A stretch of 62,123 bases of DNA, the filler included, from Candidatus Delongbacteria bacterium (GTDB lineage: Bacteria; UBA4055), in the NCBI GenBank assembly GCA_016937995.1. It is 5 parts of 5 records of this genome, joined end to end, with 100 filler letters (N's around TTAATTAATTAA, not from the genome) between each part and the next. Parts side by side here need not be neighbours in the genome. Positions count along the whole stretch, not along the records: positions 49,188 to 53,592 come from JAFGVM010000018.1; positions 53,693 to 58,409 come from JAFGVM010000024.1; positions 58,510 to 62,123 come from JAFGVM010000028.1; 2 more parts are not named here. One strand, written 5' to 3'. The first letter of the stretch is position 1. Each line of letters opens with the position of its first letter. The position numbers and the translations under genes were made by a program. The notes beneath the pieces were generated by a model, which did not search any database, had not been told where the DNA came from, and was given only the letters and a program-made list of their open reading frames with translations. This document shows positions 49,333 to 58,793 of this stretch, piece by piece.

Positions 49333-51015
49333 TTATATCTTAGAATCTACTATTGCAAGTATCTCTTCCACTTTTCCGTTAACTTCAGCAAGAATATCGT
49401 TCATCTTTTTCAAGGTTGAGATCTTATACTCATCAGCATCATCAAACCCGGACAGGTTGATCTTTACATTAAGTCCTGCACCCTTTACTCCGGCTTCGAT
49501 CATCAATGCTGCAACACCAGCATCACTTGCTGCATTTGTATTTCCAAATTCAGCAACTCTCTTGATAAAAGGTGTAAGCTCAATAATTCTATTCATAACT
49601 TTCAAAGGAACATCTGTTGCAAGAACAGTTGCATCATAGTATTGTTTTTCAGCTGCAGCTTTTTCGTTCTCGTCATCTGATTTCTTGGCTTTTGATTTGG
49701 CTTGTAGAGCATCCATAAGAACATTAAATGCGTCTGTGTCAGCATCGATCAAATTAATAAGCTCATACTTTCTGTCCTGAAGCTCTTTAGCGAGCCTATT
49801 AGTTTCTTCATTGAATTTCTTATAACCTTTTTTATCGTAAGTAAGATTCATTACCATAGCTCCAAGGGAAGCTGCGATGCTACCTGCTAATGCAGCTACA
49901 GAACCACCTCCTGGTGCAGGGGCATCAGTAGAAAGAAGATCATTAAATTGAGTTATAGTAAGATCCGCAAGTTTTCCTTCTTTGGCGATCATATATTCAA
50001 TTATTTTATCTTTCGGGTCAAATGGAGCAACATCATCAAGACCAAGTGACTGAATTGCAACTTTAATGATCTCACCTTCATCGATCCCTTCACACATACC
50101 CTGTTTAGCAAGATAATGTTTGCCGGCGATCAACATAGCTTCTTTCGGAACAACACCAACTGCTTCAGATCCTGTAACTCTAAGACCTTTTTCAGCCGCT
50201 TGTTTACATATTTCATCAAAAACATCATGCATTGAAGTTACATGGTAGTTTGTAAGATTTATCGATATCTGAGCTCTTTTGTAATCATCAACATACCAGC
50301 CTATCGCTTTACAATTTTTGAATATTCCTGGTTGTTTAACTTTTTTACCGTTCTCATCTTTGACAAATTTGTCGTTTTCATCTTTCAAAAATCTTCCCTG
50401 CTCTCTTATGTTCAAAGCAATATCATGAGCAAGTTTGGCATTTGTAGTATTCAAACTTACATTATATGCAATAAGAAAATCTCTTGCACTTACAGCAGTA
50501 GCACCTTTTTTAGGCCTGAATTCTAAAGGACCTGCATCAGGTTTTCTGTCAGCTTGTTTCATATTTGATTCAAGAGCCTCATATTCACCCTGTCTGACCC
50601 AGGCAAGGTTTTTTCTTTCAGGAGCTGTTGCGGCATATTCGTAAAAATAGACAGGATAATCAAGTTCCTCACCAAGTTTCTTTCCAAGATCATGAGCAAT
50701 AACAACGCATTCGTCCATTGTTATCCCGCTTACAGGTATGACCGGACAAACATCACAAGCACCGAATCTGGGATGAGCACCTTTATGTTTGGTCATATCG
50801 ATAAGGTCCTGAGCCTTTTTAATTGCGTTGAAAGCCGCTAATTTTACCGGTTCAGGTTCACCTACCATAGTTACAACTGTTCTGTTGGTATCGAATCCTG
50901 GATCAACATCTAAAAGTCTAACACCTTTTACTTTTTTTATTTCATCAGTGATCTGATCAATAATAGCCATATTACGACCTTCACTGAAGTTCGGTACACA
51001 TTCGATAATTTGCAT
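49333..51015 (-). CDS. ftcd: Bifunctional glutamate formiminotransferase / formiminotetrahydrofolate cyclodeaminase
   Basis: ECVPNFSEGR, H.GAHPR.GA.DV.P, APGGGSVAAL; start at ATG 51015. Confidence 0.95.
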   Translation of the reverse strand: MQIIECVPNFSEGRNMAIIDQITDEIKKVKGVRLLDVDPGFDTNRTVVTMVGEPEPVKLAAFNAIKKAQDLIDMTKHKGAHPRFGACDVCPVIPVSGITMDECVVIAHDLGKKLGEELDYPVYFYEYAATAPERKNLAWVRQGEYEALESNMKQADRKPDAGPLEFRPKKGATAVSARDFLIAYNVSLNTTNAKLAHDIALNIREQGRFLKDENDKFVKDENGKKVKQPGIFKNCKAIGWYVDDYKRAQISINLTNYHVTSMHDVFDEICKQAAEKGLRVTGSEAVGVVPKEAMLIAGKHYLAKQGMCEGIDEGEIIKVAIQSLGLDDVAPFDPKDKIIEYMIAKEGKLADLTITQFNDLLSTDAPAPGGGSVAALAGSIAASLGAMVMNLTYDKKGYKKFNEETNRLAKELQDRKYELINLIDADTDAFNVLMDALQAKSKAKKSDDENEKAAAEKQYYDATVLATDVPLKVMNRIIELTPFIKRVAEFGNTNAASDAGVAALMIEAGVKGAGLNVKINLSGFDDADEYKISTLKKMNDILAEVNGKVEEILAIVDSKI

Positions 51016-51252
51016 AACATACTCCATTATATAATTTTGTTACCATTACTTTGGAACAGAAAGTAATAATAATTGATAAAGGACTAAAATCAAAATCATT
51101 AATTTAGGAAAAAAATAAGACAATTGATTCAGGATGATCATCGTAATTCTTCCGGTTCAGGCTTTTAGACCGACTGAAAATCCTAATAATTTTCTTGATA
51201 AAAAGGACTATCTCATGTATCATTCGACTAACATTTGAAAAAATAAAAAAAT

Positions 51253-52182
51253 ATGAAATTTACTAACGAAACATTATTTGAGATAAAGACCAGATTAAAA
51301 AAGGAACTGAAAAAATCCTCTTTGGATTTTGTTGAGTTCGAAGTAATAGATCCAGACATTTCTGTGGATTTTTCAGGAACTGTGATATCGATCAAGGGTA
51401 CTGAGTACATTTACAGACCGTTTAAAATATGGGTGGATCTGGCTGAAATATTAAAGTGTAGAATATTAACTCCTGAAAAAGCTTCTCCAAATACGGTGAA
51501 GATCAGATTTGCACCTTTGAATATTAGTAATTCATGGCATACAAATTCTGGTGTTGACATAAGAGAGAAATACGGAGTAGGTTCAATTTTTGCCCAGATC
51601 AAGAAACTTGAAGAACCATATTTTTTAAGTGATTACATGAGAAGTTTAAGAGAGATAAATTTAAAATTCAGGTCCAATGTATTAAATTTAGGTATAAACA
51701 GAGGTGATGAATTTAAAGCATTTGAGCATGTTTATGATAATGAATTTGTTAGCTCATTAAATTTTACCGGCCTGGATCATTGTGAATCAGCCATTAATGA
51801 AGCAAATGAACTATTCAAAGAACATAATTATAATTTTATTCTGGGTGATATTAAAGATATACCTGAAATGCATTTTGAAAAGCAGGATCTGATATTGACC
51901 GTTGGTACTTTGCAAAGTCCTGATTTTGATGGAAAAGAAATATTCAGATACCTGGTACAAAATATTTTAAAACCCGATGGTAGTGTTATTCTTGGTTTCC
52001 CAAACAGCAGATATATTGACAGAGAAGTGGTTTATGGAGCTAAAACAAAAAATTACACTGAGTCAAACATGAATCTTTTAATAAAAGATATAAGCTTTTA
52101 CAAAAAATATTTGCAGCAACACGGATTTAAAGTAATAACTTTTGGTAAATATTATGTTTTTATGGTTGCGATAAAAAATTAA
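51253..52182 (+). CDS. Class I SAM-dependent methyltransferase with an N-terminal extension
   Basis: VLNLGINRGDE, GLD, GDI, DLI, LKPDG.VILG. Confidence 0.8.
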   Translation: MKFTNETLFEIKTRLKKELKKSSLDFVEFEVIDPDISVDFSGTVISIKGTEYIYRPFKIWVDLAEILKCRILTPEKASPNTVKIRFAPLNISNSWHTNSGVDIREKYGVGSIFAQIKKLEEPYFLSDYMRSLREINLKFRSNVLNLGINRGDEFKAFEHVYDNEFVSSLNFTGLDHCESAINEANELFKEHNYNFILGDIKDIPEMHFEKQDLILTVGTLQSPDFDGKEIFRYLVQNILKPDGSVILGFPNSRYIDREVVYGAKTKNYTESNMNLLIKDISFYKKYLQQHGFKVITFGKYYVFMVAIKN

Positions 52183-52202
52183 AATTAACAACTTTATTAT
52201 TA

Positions 52203-53108
52203 ATGAATAAAGACACTTCAAATACAGAGAAATTGGTGGAAATAAAGAAAATAACATATTACGGTATGTTCATTAACTTATTCCTATCAATACTGAAAAT
52301 AATTACAGGTTTCCTGGGACATAGTCAGGCTGCGATCGCAGATGGAGTGCATTCATTGTCAGACCTTACTACGGATGTTGCTATACTTGTCGGAGTAAAA
52401 TATTGGTCCGCACCTCCTGATGAAGAACATCCATACGGTCACGGCAGGATCGAGACAATAGTTACTACATTTATTGGATTCATTCTGGCATTAACAGCAT
52501 TGGGTATTGGATGGGAAGCTGTAAGTACTATCAGGGATGAACATCTGGAAAATCCAACATGGTTTTCTTTAATAGGAATAAGTTTTTCTATTGTATTGAA
52601 GGAAATACTTTACAGAGTTACAATGAGATATTCAAAAAAGCATAGCTCAAGATCCTTAGAAGCAAATGCCTGGCATCATAGAACAGATGCATTCAGTTCA
52701 ATACCTGCTTTTATTGCGGTATTCATATCTGTTAATTATCCTTCGCTCGCTTTCATTGATCATATCGGTGCTATCATTGTTGCGGTAATAATATTTAGGG
52801 TAGCTTGGCAAATATTTTCAAGATCTTTCTCTGAGTTAACTGATAAAGGTGCAGAGAAGGGGGATATTGAAAAAATAAAGGATATTGTGCTTTTGATAGA
52901 AGATGTGAAAGAGGTTCATGGTATCAGAAGCAGAAAACACGGTTCTGATACATTTGTGGACCTCCACGTTCTGGTTGATGATGATCTTACCGTAAAGCAG
53001 GGTCATGATATTGCTGATAAAGTTATAGATGTTTTACTAAAAGAGGGACCTGAAATATCTGATGTGGTCGTTCATATAGAACCATTCACTTTATCAAAGA
53101 AGGACTAA
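52203..53108 (+). CDS. Cation diffusion facilitator transporter (FieF-like)
   Basis: ADGVHSLSD, HPYGHGR.E, AWHHRTD, V.VHIEP. Confidence 0.95.
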   Translation: MNKDTSNTEKLVEIKKITYYGMFINLFLSILKIITGFLGHSQAAIADGVHSLSDLTTDVAILVGVKYWSAPPDEEHPYGHGRIETIVTTFIGFILALTALGIGWEAVSTIRDEHLENPTWFSLIGISFSIVLKEILYRVTMRYSKKHSSRSLEANAWHHRTDAFSSIPAFIAVFISVNYPSLAFIDHIGAIIVAVIIFRVAWQIFSRSFSELTDKGAEKGDIEKIKDIVLLIEDVKEVHGIRSRKHGSDTFVDLHVLVDDDLTVKQGHDIADKVIDVLLKEGPEISDVVVHIEPFTLSKKD

Positions 53109-53208
53109 ATTGTAAACTTTATCAACATTTTATTTTCCAGTTAAAAAAGCACTGATAGAGTGTCTCTTCCGAATAGCGTATCAACTTTGAAAATAATGTT
53201 AAAAATAC

Positions 53209-53237
53209 TTGACATTAAAAAAAATAATTTTTACATT
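53209..53237 (+). promoter_or_regulatory. sigma70-type promoter P1
   Basis: TTGACA-17 nt-TACATT. Confidence 0.7.
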
Positions 53238-53292
53238 TGACCCGCTTCAGTAATTTAGTCAGAAATCTGACAAAATAAATTGCTAAAAGTAC

Positions 53293-53321
53293 TTGACAAC
53301 CGTAGAAATAATTCTTAAATT
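53293..53321 (+). promoter_or_regulatory. sigma70-type promoter P2
   Basis: TTGACA-17 nt-TAAATT followed by a GC-rich discriminator. Confidence 0.7.
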
Positions 53322-53340
53322 AGCGACCCTTAAGAATTAT

Positions 53341-53414
53341 GGTGGGAGTAGCTCAGTTGGTAGAGTGCCTGACTGTGACTCAGGTTGTCGCGGGTTCAAA
53401 ACCCGTCTCTCACC
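53341..53414 (+). tRNA. tRNA-His(GTG), G-1 encoded, CCA not encoded
   Basis: Acceptor GTGGGAG/CTCTCAC; anticodon arm CCTGA-CTGTGAC-TCAGG; T arm GCGGG-TTCAAAA-CCCGT. Confidence 0.95.
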
Positions 53415-53431
53415 CTTGAAATAAACAAATT

Positions 53432-53503
53432 GGTCTCATCGTCTAGTGGTTAGGACTCAAGGTTTTCATCCTTGCAACCGGGGTTCGATTCCCCGTGAGA
53501 TCA
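53432..53503 (+). tRNA. tRNA-Glu(TTC), CCA not encoded
   Basis: Acceptor GGTCTCA/TGAGATC; anticodon arm CAAGG-TTTTCAT-CCTTG; T arm CGGGG-TTCGATT-CCCCG. Confidence 0.95.
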
Positions 53504-53592
53504 CTCGTTCATTGACATAGGCAAGAAAATAGTATTGATAGGAAAGCAAAAGAAGTTTTCATAAATTATGAAGACACAAGCAGCAAAGAGAA

Positions 53593-53692
53593 NNNNNNNN
53601 NNNNNNNNNNNNNNNNNNNNNNNNNNNNNNNNNNNNTTAATTAATTAANNNNNNNNNNNNNNNNNNNNNNNNNNNNNNNNNNNNNNNNNNNN
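53593..53692. other. Artificial contig linker
   Basis: N44-TTAATTAATTAA-N44. Confidence 0.98.
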
Positions 53693-53693
53693 A

Positions 53694-53948
53694 AAACAGA
53701 GGCTCAGCTACCAGTCCCATGAGAAAAGAAATGAGCTCTGGATCATAGTTGCCGGCAAGGCAAAGATCACTCTTGACGGAATTGATCATATTCTTTCCTA
53801 CGGGGAAAACATAGTTATTTTAAAACACCAGAAACACCGGATTGAAAATATTGGTGAATCTGACGTTATTTTTATAGAGGTTCAGACCGGAACCTATTTT
53901 GGAGAAGATGATATCGTCCGTTACTCTGATGATTATAAAAGAAGTTAG
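53694..53948 (+). CDS. C-terminal cupin fragment of type II mannose-6-phosphate isomerase (ManC-like)
   Basis: Manual translation KQRLSYQSHEKRNELWIIVAG...KHRIEN...IEVQTGTYFGEDDIVRYSDDY; not in the ORF track. Confidence 0.9.
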   Translation, partial: KQRLSYQSHEKRNELWIIVAGKAKITLDGIDHILSYGENIVILKHQKHRIENIGESDVIFIEVQTGTYFGEDDIVRYSDDYKRS

Positions 53949-53989
53949 AAGTTAGAAGTTGGAAGTCAGAAGTTAGAAGTTAGAAGTGT
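53941..53989 (+). repeat. Heptamer tandem repeat (GAAGTTA) x7, imperfect
   Basis: GAAGTTA GAAGTTA GAAGTTG GAAGTCA GAAGTTA GAAGTTA GAAGTGT. Confidence 0.9.
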
Positions 53990-54151
53990 TTTGATCTTTT
54001 CCCTTGAATATTGGACATTCAACTTTTTATCTGTCCACTGTCCACTAACATTATTATTCGCTTGACTAAATCAGTGTAAATAATTATTTTTAGCAGTCTA
54101 ATAATATACGCAGTATGAGATTATTAATTTAATATAAAATTCGGAGGAACA

Positions 54152-56233
54152 ATGAAAGCATATCATGCTAAAGATATCAGGAATATCGCGATCGTTGGGC
54201 ATAATTCAGTAGGAAAAACCATTCTTACTGAAAGTATCGCGTTCTACACTGGTGCAATAACAAGGCTTGGATCAATTGATGAGGGAACAACTCTTTCTGA
54301 CTACTCACCAAATGAGATCGAAAAAAAATATTCTATCCGTTCAGCTGTAGTAGCTTTAGAGCACAAGAACACAAAATTAAACCTTATCGATTGCCCTGGA
54401 TATGCTGATTTTATAGGTGAAACTTATGGTGCAATAAAAGTAAGTGACACAGTTTTAGTAACTGTTTCAGCAGCAAGTACTCAAGGAACAGAAGTTGGAA
54501 CAGAGAACGGTTTTGAAATTGCAGCACAAATGAATAAACCTGTTGCTATATTCGTTAATAAGTGTGATTATGAAAATGCTGATTACGACAAAGTGATCGG
54601 TAATTTAAAAACAGCTTTTTCAAGTTCAGTTACAGAATTCCAGTTCCCTGTTGGATCCGGAGAGAATTTCAAGGGTATCGTAGATGTTCTTGATATGAAA
54701 ATGTATGTGAATGAAAACGGAAAATCAGTAGCTCATGACATACCTGGAGATATGGTTGATAAAGCTCAGGAGATAAGATCAGCTCTGGTTGAGAACATTG
54801 CAAGTACAGATGAAGCTCTAATGGAAAAGTTCTTCGAAGAGGAAGACCTTTCACCTGAGGATTTCAATAACGGATTCAGAAAAGCTTTTCTTGAAGGTAT
54901 GATAAATCCTGTATTCTGCGGTAGTGCTATCAAAGGAACAGGAATCGGACTTTTAGTAAATAAATTCATTGATATTTTCCTCTCACCTCTCGAGCACAAA
55001 ACATTATGTGTTCAGAAAGGTGAGGATATTGAAGTTGCTGTTGATGAAAGTAAGCCTTTCTCAGCATTCATCTTTAAAACTGTAGCTGAGGCACACGTTG
55101 GAGATATGTCATATTTCAAAGTGATCACAGGAAAATTAAGCGGTGCAACTGACGTTAAGAATAATGAAGCAAATTCTGAAAGGATCGGACAGGTTTCTAT
55201 CTCTACAGGCAAATCAAGAAATGAAGTACCTGAAATATATGCCGGAGATATTGGGGCAGTTGTAAAGCTTAAGTACAGTAAGACCAATGACTCATTATTC
55301 GACAAATCAGTAAATTATACTATTAAACCTATAGAACTTCCAAACCACCTTATCTGGGAAGCAGTTAGAACAAAGGATAAAAAAGATGATGCAAAGATCG
55401 GTCAGGCACTGACTGCACTTTCTAATGAAGATCCTACTTTCGGATATGAGATCAATCCTGAGTTACATCAAACTATTATCCACGGTCAGGGTGTAAAGCA
55501 TATTGATACTATCATTGAAAAACTTAGGGACAGATTCGGTATAGAGATAGACGTGATGGAACCAAAGATCCCTTATAGAGAGACTATCACTTCAACTTCT
55601 GAGGGTTCTTACAGACATAAGAAACAATCTGGTGGTAAGGGTCAGTTCGGTGAAGTTCACATGAGATTGAGACCTAGAAAAAGAGGTGAAGGATACAATT
55701 TTGTTGACGCTATCGTAGGTGGTTCAATACCTTCAAGATTTATACCTGCTGTTGAAAAAGGTGTTAATGAAACTCTTGTAGATGGAGTTATTTCAGGATC
55801 AAAAGTTATCGATCTTGAAGTTGAACTTTTCTTCGGTAAGTTCCATGACGTTGATTCATCTGAGATGGCTTTCAAAATTGCATCAAGAATGTGTTTTAAA
55901 GACCTTTTCAAAAAAGCTACACCTATCCTTCTTGAACCTATCAACACACTTGTTGTTACCTGTCCAGAAGATTATACAGGTGATATCATGGGAGATATTT
56001 CTTCAAAAAGAGGAAGACCTGAAGGAATGGAAGCTAAAGGCGGAAAGCAGGTTATTACTGCAAAAGTACCTTTAAGTGAGCTGTACAGATATTCTACAAC
56101 TCTTAAGACAATGACACAGGGAAAAGGATCTTTCGTGACTGAATTCAGTCATTATGAAGTGGTCCCTTACGATGTTCAAGCTAAGATCGTAGAGAAATAT
56201 GAGGCTTCAAAAGGTCAGGAAGAAGAAGAATAG
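54152..56233 (+). CDS. Elongation factor G-like protein (EF-G2)
   Basis: Full EF-G architecture with [42 protein letters not shown]. Confidence 0.93.
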   Translation: MKAYHAKDIRNIAIVGHNSVGKTILTESIAFYTGAITRLGSIDEGTTLSDYSPNEIEKKYSIRSAVVALEHKNTKLNLIDCPGYADFIGETYGAIKVSDTVLVTVSAASTQGTEVGTENGFEIAAQMNKPVAIFVNKCDYENADYDKVIGNLKTAFSSSVTEFQFPVGSGENFKGIVDVLDMKMYVNENGKSVAHDIPGDMVDKAQEIRSALVENIASTDEALMEKFFEEEDLSPEDFNNGFRKAFLEGMINPVFCGSAIKGTGIGLLVNKFIDIFLSPLEHKTLCVQKGEDIEVAVDESKPFSAFIFKTVAEAHVGDMSYFKVITGKLSGATDVKNNEANSERIGQVSISTGKSRNEVPEIYAGDIGAVVKLKYSKTNDSLFDKSVNYTIKPIELPNHLIWEAVRTKDKKDDAKIGQALTALSNEDPTFGYEINPELHQTIIHGQGVKHIDTIIEKLRDRFGIEIDVMEPKIPYRETITSTSEGSYRHKKQSGGKGQFGEVHMRLRPRKRGEGYNFVDAIVGGSIPSRFIPAVEKGVNETLVDGVISGSKVIDLEVELFFGKFHDVDSSEMAFKIASRMCFKDLFKKATPILLEPINTLVVTCPEDYTGDIMGDISSKRGRPEGMEAKGGKQVITAKVPLSELYRYSTTLKTMTQGKGSFVTEFSHYEVVPYDVQAKIVEKYEASKGQEEEE

Positions 56234-56292
56234 ACACAAATTCAGGGCGTATTCATACGCCCTTTTTTTTATAACTTATTAAGGATATCAGA

Positions 56293-57390
56293 ATGAAAAT
56301 TCAAATGGTTGATATGGTCAAGCAGTATGCCCAGATCAAAGAAAAAGTTGAACCGAAGGTTCTTGAAGTATTATCCGGGGGTTGGTATATTGGAGGTCCT
56401 GAACTTAAGAACTTTGAGGAGAAAGCAGCAGAATATATAGGTGTAAAACATGCTATCGGTTGTGCTAACGGAACCGATGCTCTTCAGATCACAATGATGG
56501 CAGCCGGTATTGAGCCGGGTGATGAAGTTATAACAACTCCATTCACATTCATTGCCACTGCTGAAACAATTAAAATACTGGGTGCAAAACCTGTATTTGT
56601 AGACGTAAAGCCTGATACTTACAATATTGACGCAGACCTGATAGAAAGTGTTATTACAGAAAAAACAAAAGCGATAATTCCTGTACACCTTTACGGACAG
56701 TCTGCCGATATGGATAAGATAATGGCAATTGCTGTTAAATATGATCTGAAAGTTATAGAGGACAATGCTCAGGGATTCGGGGCTAAATATAAAGGAAAAC
56801 AATTAGGGTCTATCGGACACATGGCAACAGTTAGTTTCTACCCGGCAAAAAATCTTGGAGCAGCGGGTGACGGCGGACTAATTCTAACGAATGATGATGA
56901 ACTGGTCGGCAAACTTAGAATGATCGCTAATCACGGTCAGAACGAAAGGTATAAGCATCAGGTAGTAGGAGTGAACTCAAGACTTGATTCGATCCAGGCT
57001 GCTATACTTGCAATAAAACTTGAATATCTGGATGAATGGAACAGCAGAAGAAGAATAAATGCCGAGAAATATAAGAAAGCTCTGAGTGAAGTAGCAATTC
57101 TGCCTTATGAGGATAAAGACAATTACCATATTTATCATCAGTTCTCTATCCAGGTAAAAAACAGAGATGAATTACAAAAACATTTATTCGATAATAATAT
57201 CCCGAATGCTATCCACTACCCTATTCCTTTACATTTACAGGTGGCGTTCAAGGACAATAACTATCCTGCAGGAAGTTTCCCGGTTTCTGAAAAGGTAGCT
57301 GAGAATATAATTTCATTACCAATGCATCCTGATCTGACGGATGAGGAAATTAATTATATCACAGAGAAAGTGATCGAATTTTACAAATAA
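56293..57390 (+). CDS. DegT/DnrJ/EryC1/StrS sugar aminotransferase (WbpE-like)
   Basis: ANGTDAL, PVHLYGQ, IEDNAQ, SFYPAKNLG..GDGG, NSRLD.IQAA. Confidence 0.95.
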   Translation: MKIQMVDMVKQYAQIKEKVEPKVLEVLSGGWYIGGPELKNFEEKAAEYIGVKHAIGCANGTDALQITMMAAGIEPGDEVITTPFTFIATAETIKILGAKPVFVDVKPDTYNIDADLIESVITEKTKAIIPVHLYGQSADMDKIMAIAVKYDLKVIEDNAQGFGAKYKGKQLGSIGHMATVSFYPAKNLGAAGDGGLILTNDDELVGKLRMIANHGQNERYKHQVVGVNSRLDSIQAAILAIKLEYLDEWNSRRRINAEKYKKALSEVAILPYEDKDNYHIYHQFSIQVKNRDELQKHLFDNNIPNAIHYPIPLHLQVAFKDNNYPAGSFPVSEKVAENIISLPMHPDLTDEEINYITEKVIEFYK

Positions 57391-57441
57391 AAAAAGGGCT
57401 TCATGCCCTTTTTTTTACTTACATAAATATAATACTTAACT

Positions 57442-57780
57442 TTATTCCTTATCTTTTATCACATAACCTTTTGGCAACACCAGATTATATTTTAACTCCA
57501 GCACATCTTTAGTTCCGCGTAATTCATTCACACTTGCTTTCTCAGTGATGATCAGTATAGGGTCATAAATTGATGATTCTTCTGTAATTTCTATTTCATC
57601 TTCTTTATCTGTTATTTTTGCACCTTTAAATTCATCTTTAAGATAATAAACAATTAATATTCCATCCTGCTTGTAAAGTTGTTTAACTCTAACATTATAA
57701 CGCTGGGTTTCAACGTTAACATATTTACTTCCACAGGATATTACGATCAGGGATATTAAAATTATGATAAAGTTCTTCAT
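57442..57780 (-). CDS. Small hypothetical lipoprotein
   Basis: MKNFIIILISLIVISC signal and lipobox; shares a bidirectional terminator (57389-57416) with the DegT gene; TTGACA-17-TATTTT upstream on the minus strand (57903-57875). Confidence 0.7.
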   Translation of the reverse strand: MKNFIIILISLIVISCGSKYVNVETQRYNVRVKQLYKQDGILIVYYLKDEFKGAKITDKEDEIEITEESSIYDPILIITEKASVNELRGTKDVLELKYNLVLPKGYVIKDKE

Positions 57781-57934
57781 AAGCTACACTGCTTTAATTA
57801 ATGAACACGGTCAATAATAATGCCGGTACCTATTATTATGAACTTATAAGCTAAATTGTTTTCTTACAATCGTTAAAATAAGCTATAAATATAAAAATGT
57901 CAATATTTAGGGATTTAAAAAAGATTTACTACCG

Positions 57935-58409
57935 GTTTCAATCCTTGTTTTAGTGGATTCTGGACTCGAAGTTTTTTTGGTACTGATTTTAATTTTGTTA
58001 CGTATTGTTTCAATCCTTGTTTTAGTGGATTCTGGACTCGAAGCTGGTATTGTCGAGATGTTAAAGATAGAGAGGAGTGTTTCAATCCTTGTTTTAGTGG
58101 ATTCTGGACTCGAAGCATTTTGTTACCCCTTTATTAGTCATAGCTTAGTAAGTTTCAATCCTTGTTTTAGTGGATTCTGGACTCGAAGTGCATTTGTCTA
58201 TTACTTTATATACTTTTTTACCGTTGTTTCAATCCTTGTTTTAGTGGATTCTGGACTCGAAGAAGACTGGAGAAATATTCTCTATACGTAGACTTTGGTT
58301 TCAATCCTTGTTTTAGTGGATTCTGGACTCGAAGTGGATCGAGAAAGAAAGACAAAGAGACAGAGATAGGTAGTTTCAATCCTTGTTTTAGTGGATTCTG
58401 GACTCGAAG
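57935..58409 (-). CRISPR. CRISPR array: 7 identical 37-bp repeats, 6 spacers (35, 35, 36, 37, 35, 38 bp), cut by the contig end
   Basis: Repeat GTTTCAATCCTTGTTTTAGTGGATTCTGGACTCGAAG at 57935, 58007, 58079, 58152, 58226, 58298, 58373; the reverse complement ends in ATTGAAAC, so the strand is inferred. Confidence 0.97.
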
Positions 58410-58509
58410 NNNNNNNNNNNNNNNNNNNNNNNNNNNNNNNNNNNNNNNNNNNNTTAATTAATTAANNNNNNNNNNNNNNNNNNNNNNNNNNNNNNNNNNN
58501 NNNNNNNNN
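58410..58509. other. Artificial contig linker
   Basis: N44-TTAATTAATTAA-N44. Confidence 0.98.
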
Positions 58510-58510
58510 A

Positions 58511-58636
58511 ATTCAACACCGAGGTAAACATTCAGTCGTTTTTGATGCTTCAAAATTCAATAGTGGGATTTATTATTATTGCCTGGAAGTTGATGGTATC
58601 AAGCAGATTACTAAGAAGATGGTAATGATAAAATAA
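58511..58636 (+). CDS. C-terminal fragment of a T9SS type A sorting-domain protein
   Basis: Manual translation ..GKHSVVFDASKFNSGIYYYCLEVDGIKQITKKMVMIK*. Confidence 0.85.
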   Translation: MQHRGKHSVVFDASKFNSGIYYYCLEVDGIKQITKKMVMIK

Positions 58637-58643
58637 AAATTAC

Positions 58644-58707
58644 GGATCTCTGGATCGAGTCCGAAGATGACAGAGTTCTAAAGGTGGATATTATTCCACC
58701 TTTTTTT
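58644..58707 (+). terminator. REP-like palindrome plus intrinsic terminator
   Basis: GGATCTCTGGATCGAGTCCGAAGATGAC followed by AAAGGTGGA..TCCACCTTTTTTT. Confidence 0.7.
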
Positions 58708-58793
58708 GTTGACAAAATCACTTATTTCATTTAATTTAATAATATGTAGTAATATTTAAAATAGTCGTATCTCATTGTAAGATGGAGAGTTAA

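Noticed and set aside
57781..57934. Possible tracrRNA or anti-repeat beside the array; three ATAAGCTA copies
   Set aside because: No complementarity to the repeat found by eye; the octamers are irregularly spaced in very AT-rich DNA
57915..58291. ORFs 57915..58118 and 57953..58291 with repeating peptides
   Set aside because: Translations of CRISPR repeats and spacers
57972..58372. Self-targeting spacers
   Set aside because: Only a short T-rich coincidence was seen (TTTTTTACCGTT near 50341); a proper search is still needed
30334..58509. Four identical TTAATTAATTAA palindromes and apparent neighbourhoods across them (for example CRISPR next to the protease)
   Set aside because: They sit in N-padded artificial linkers, so adjacency across them is not biological
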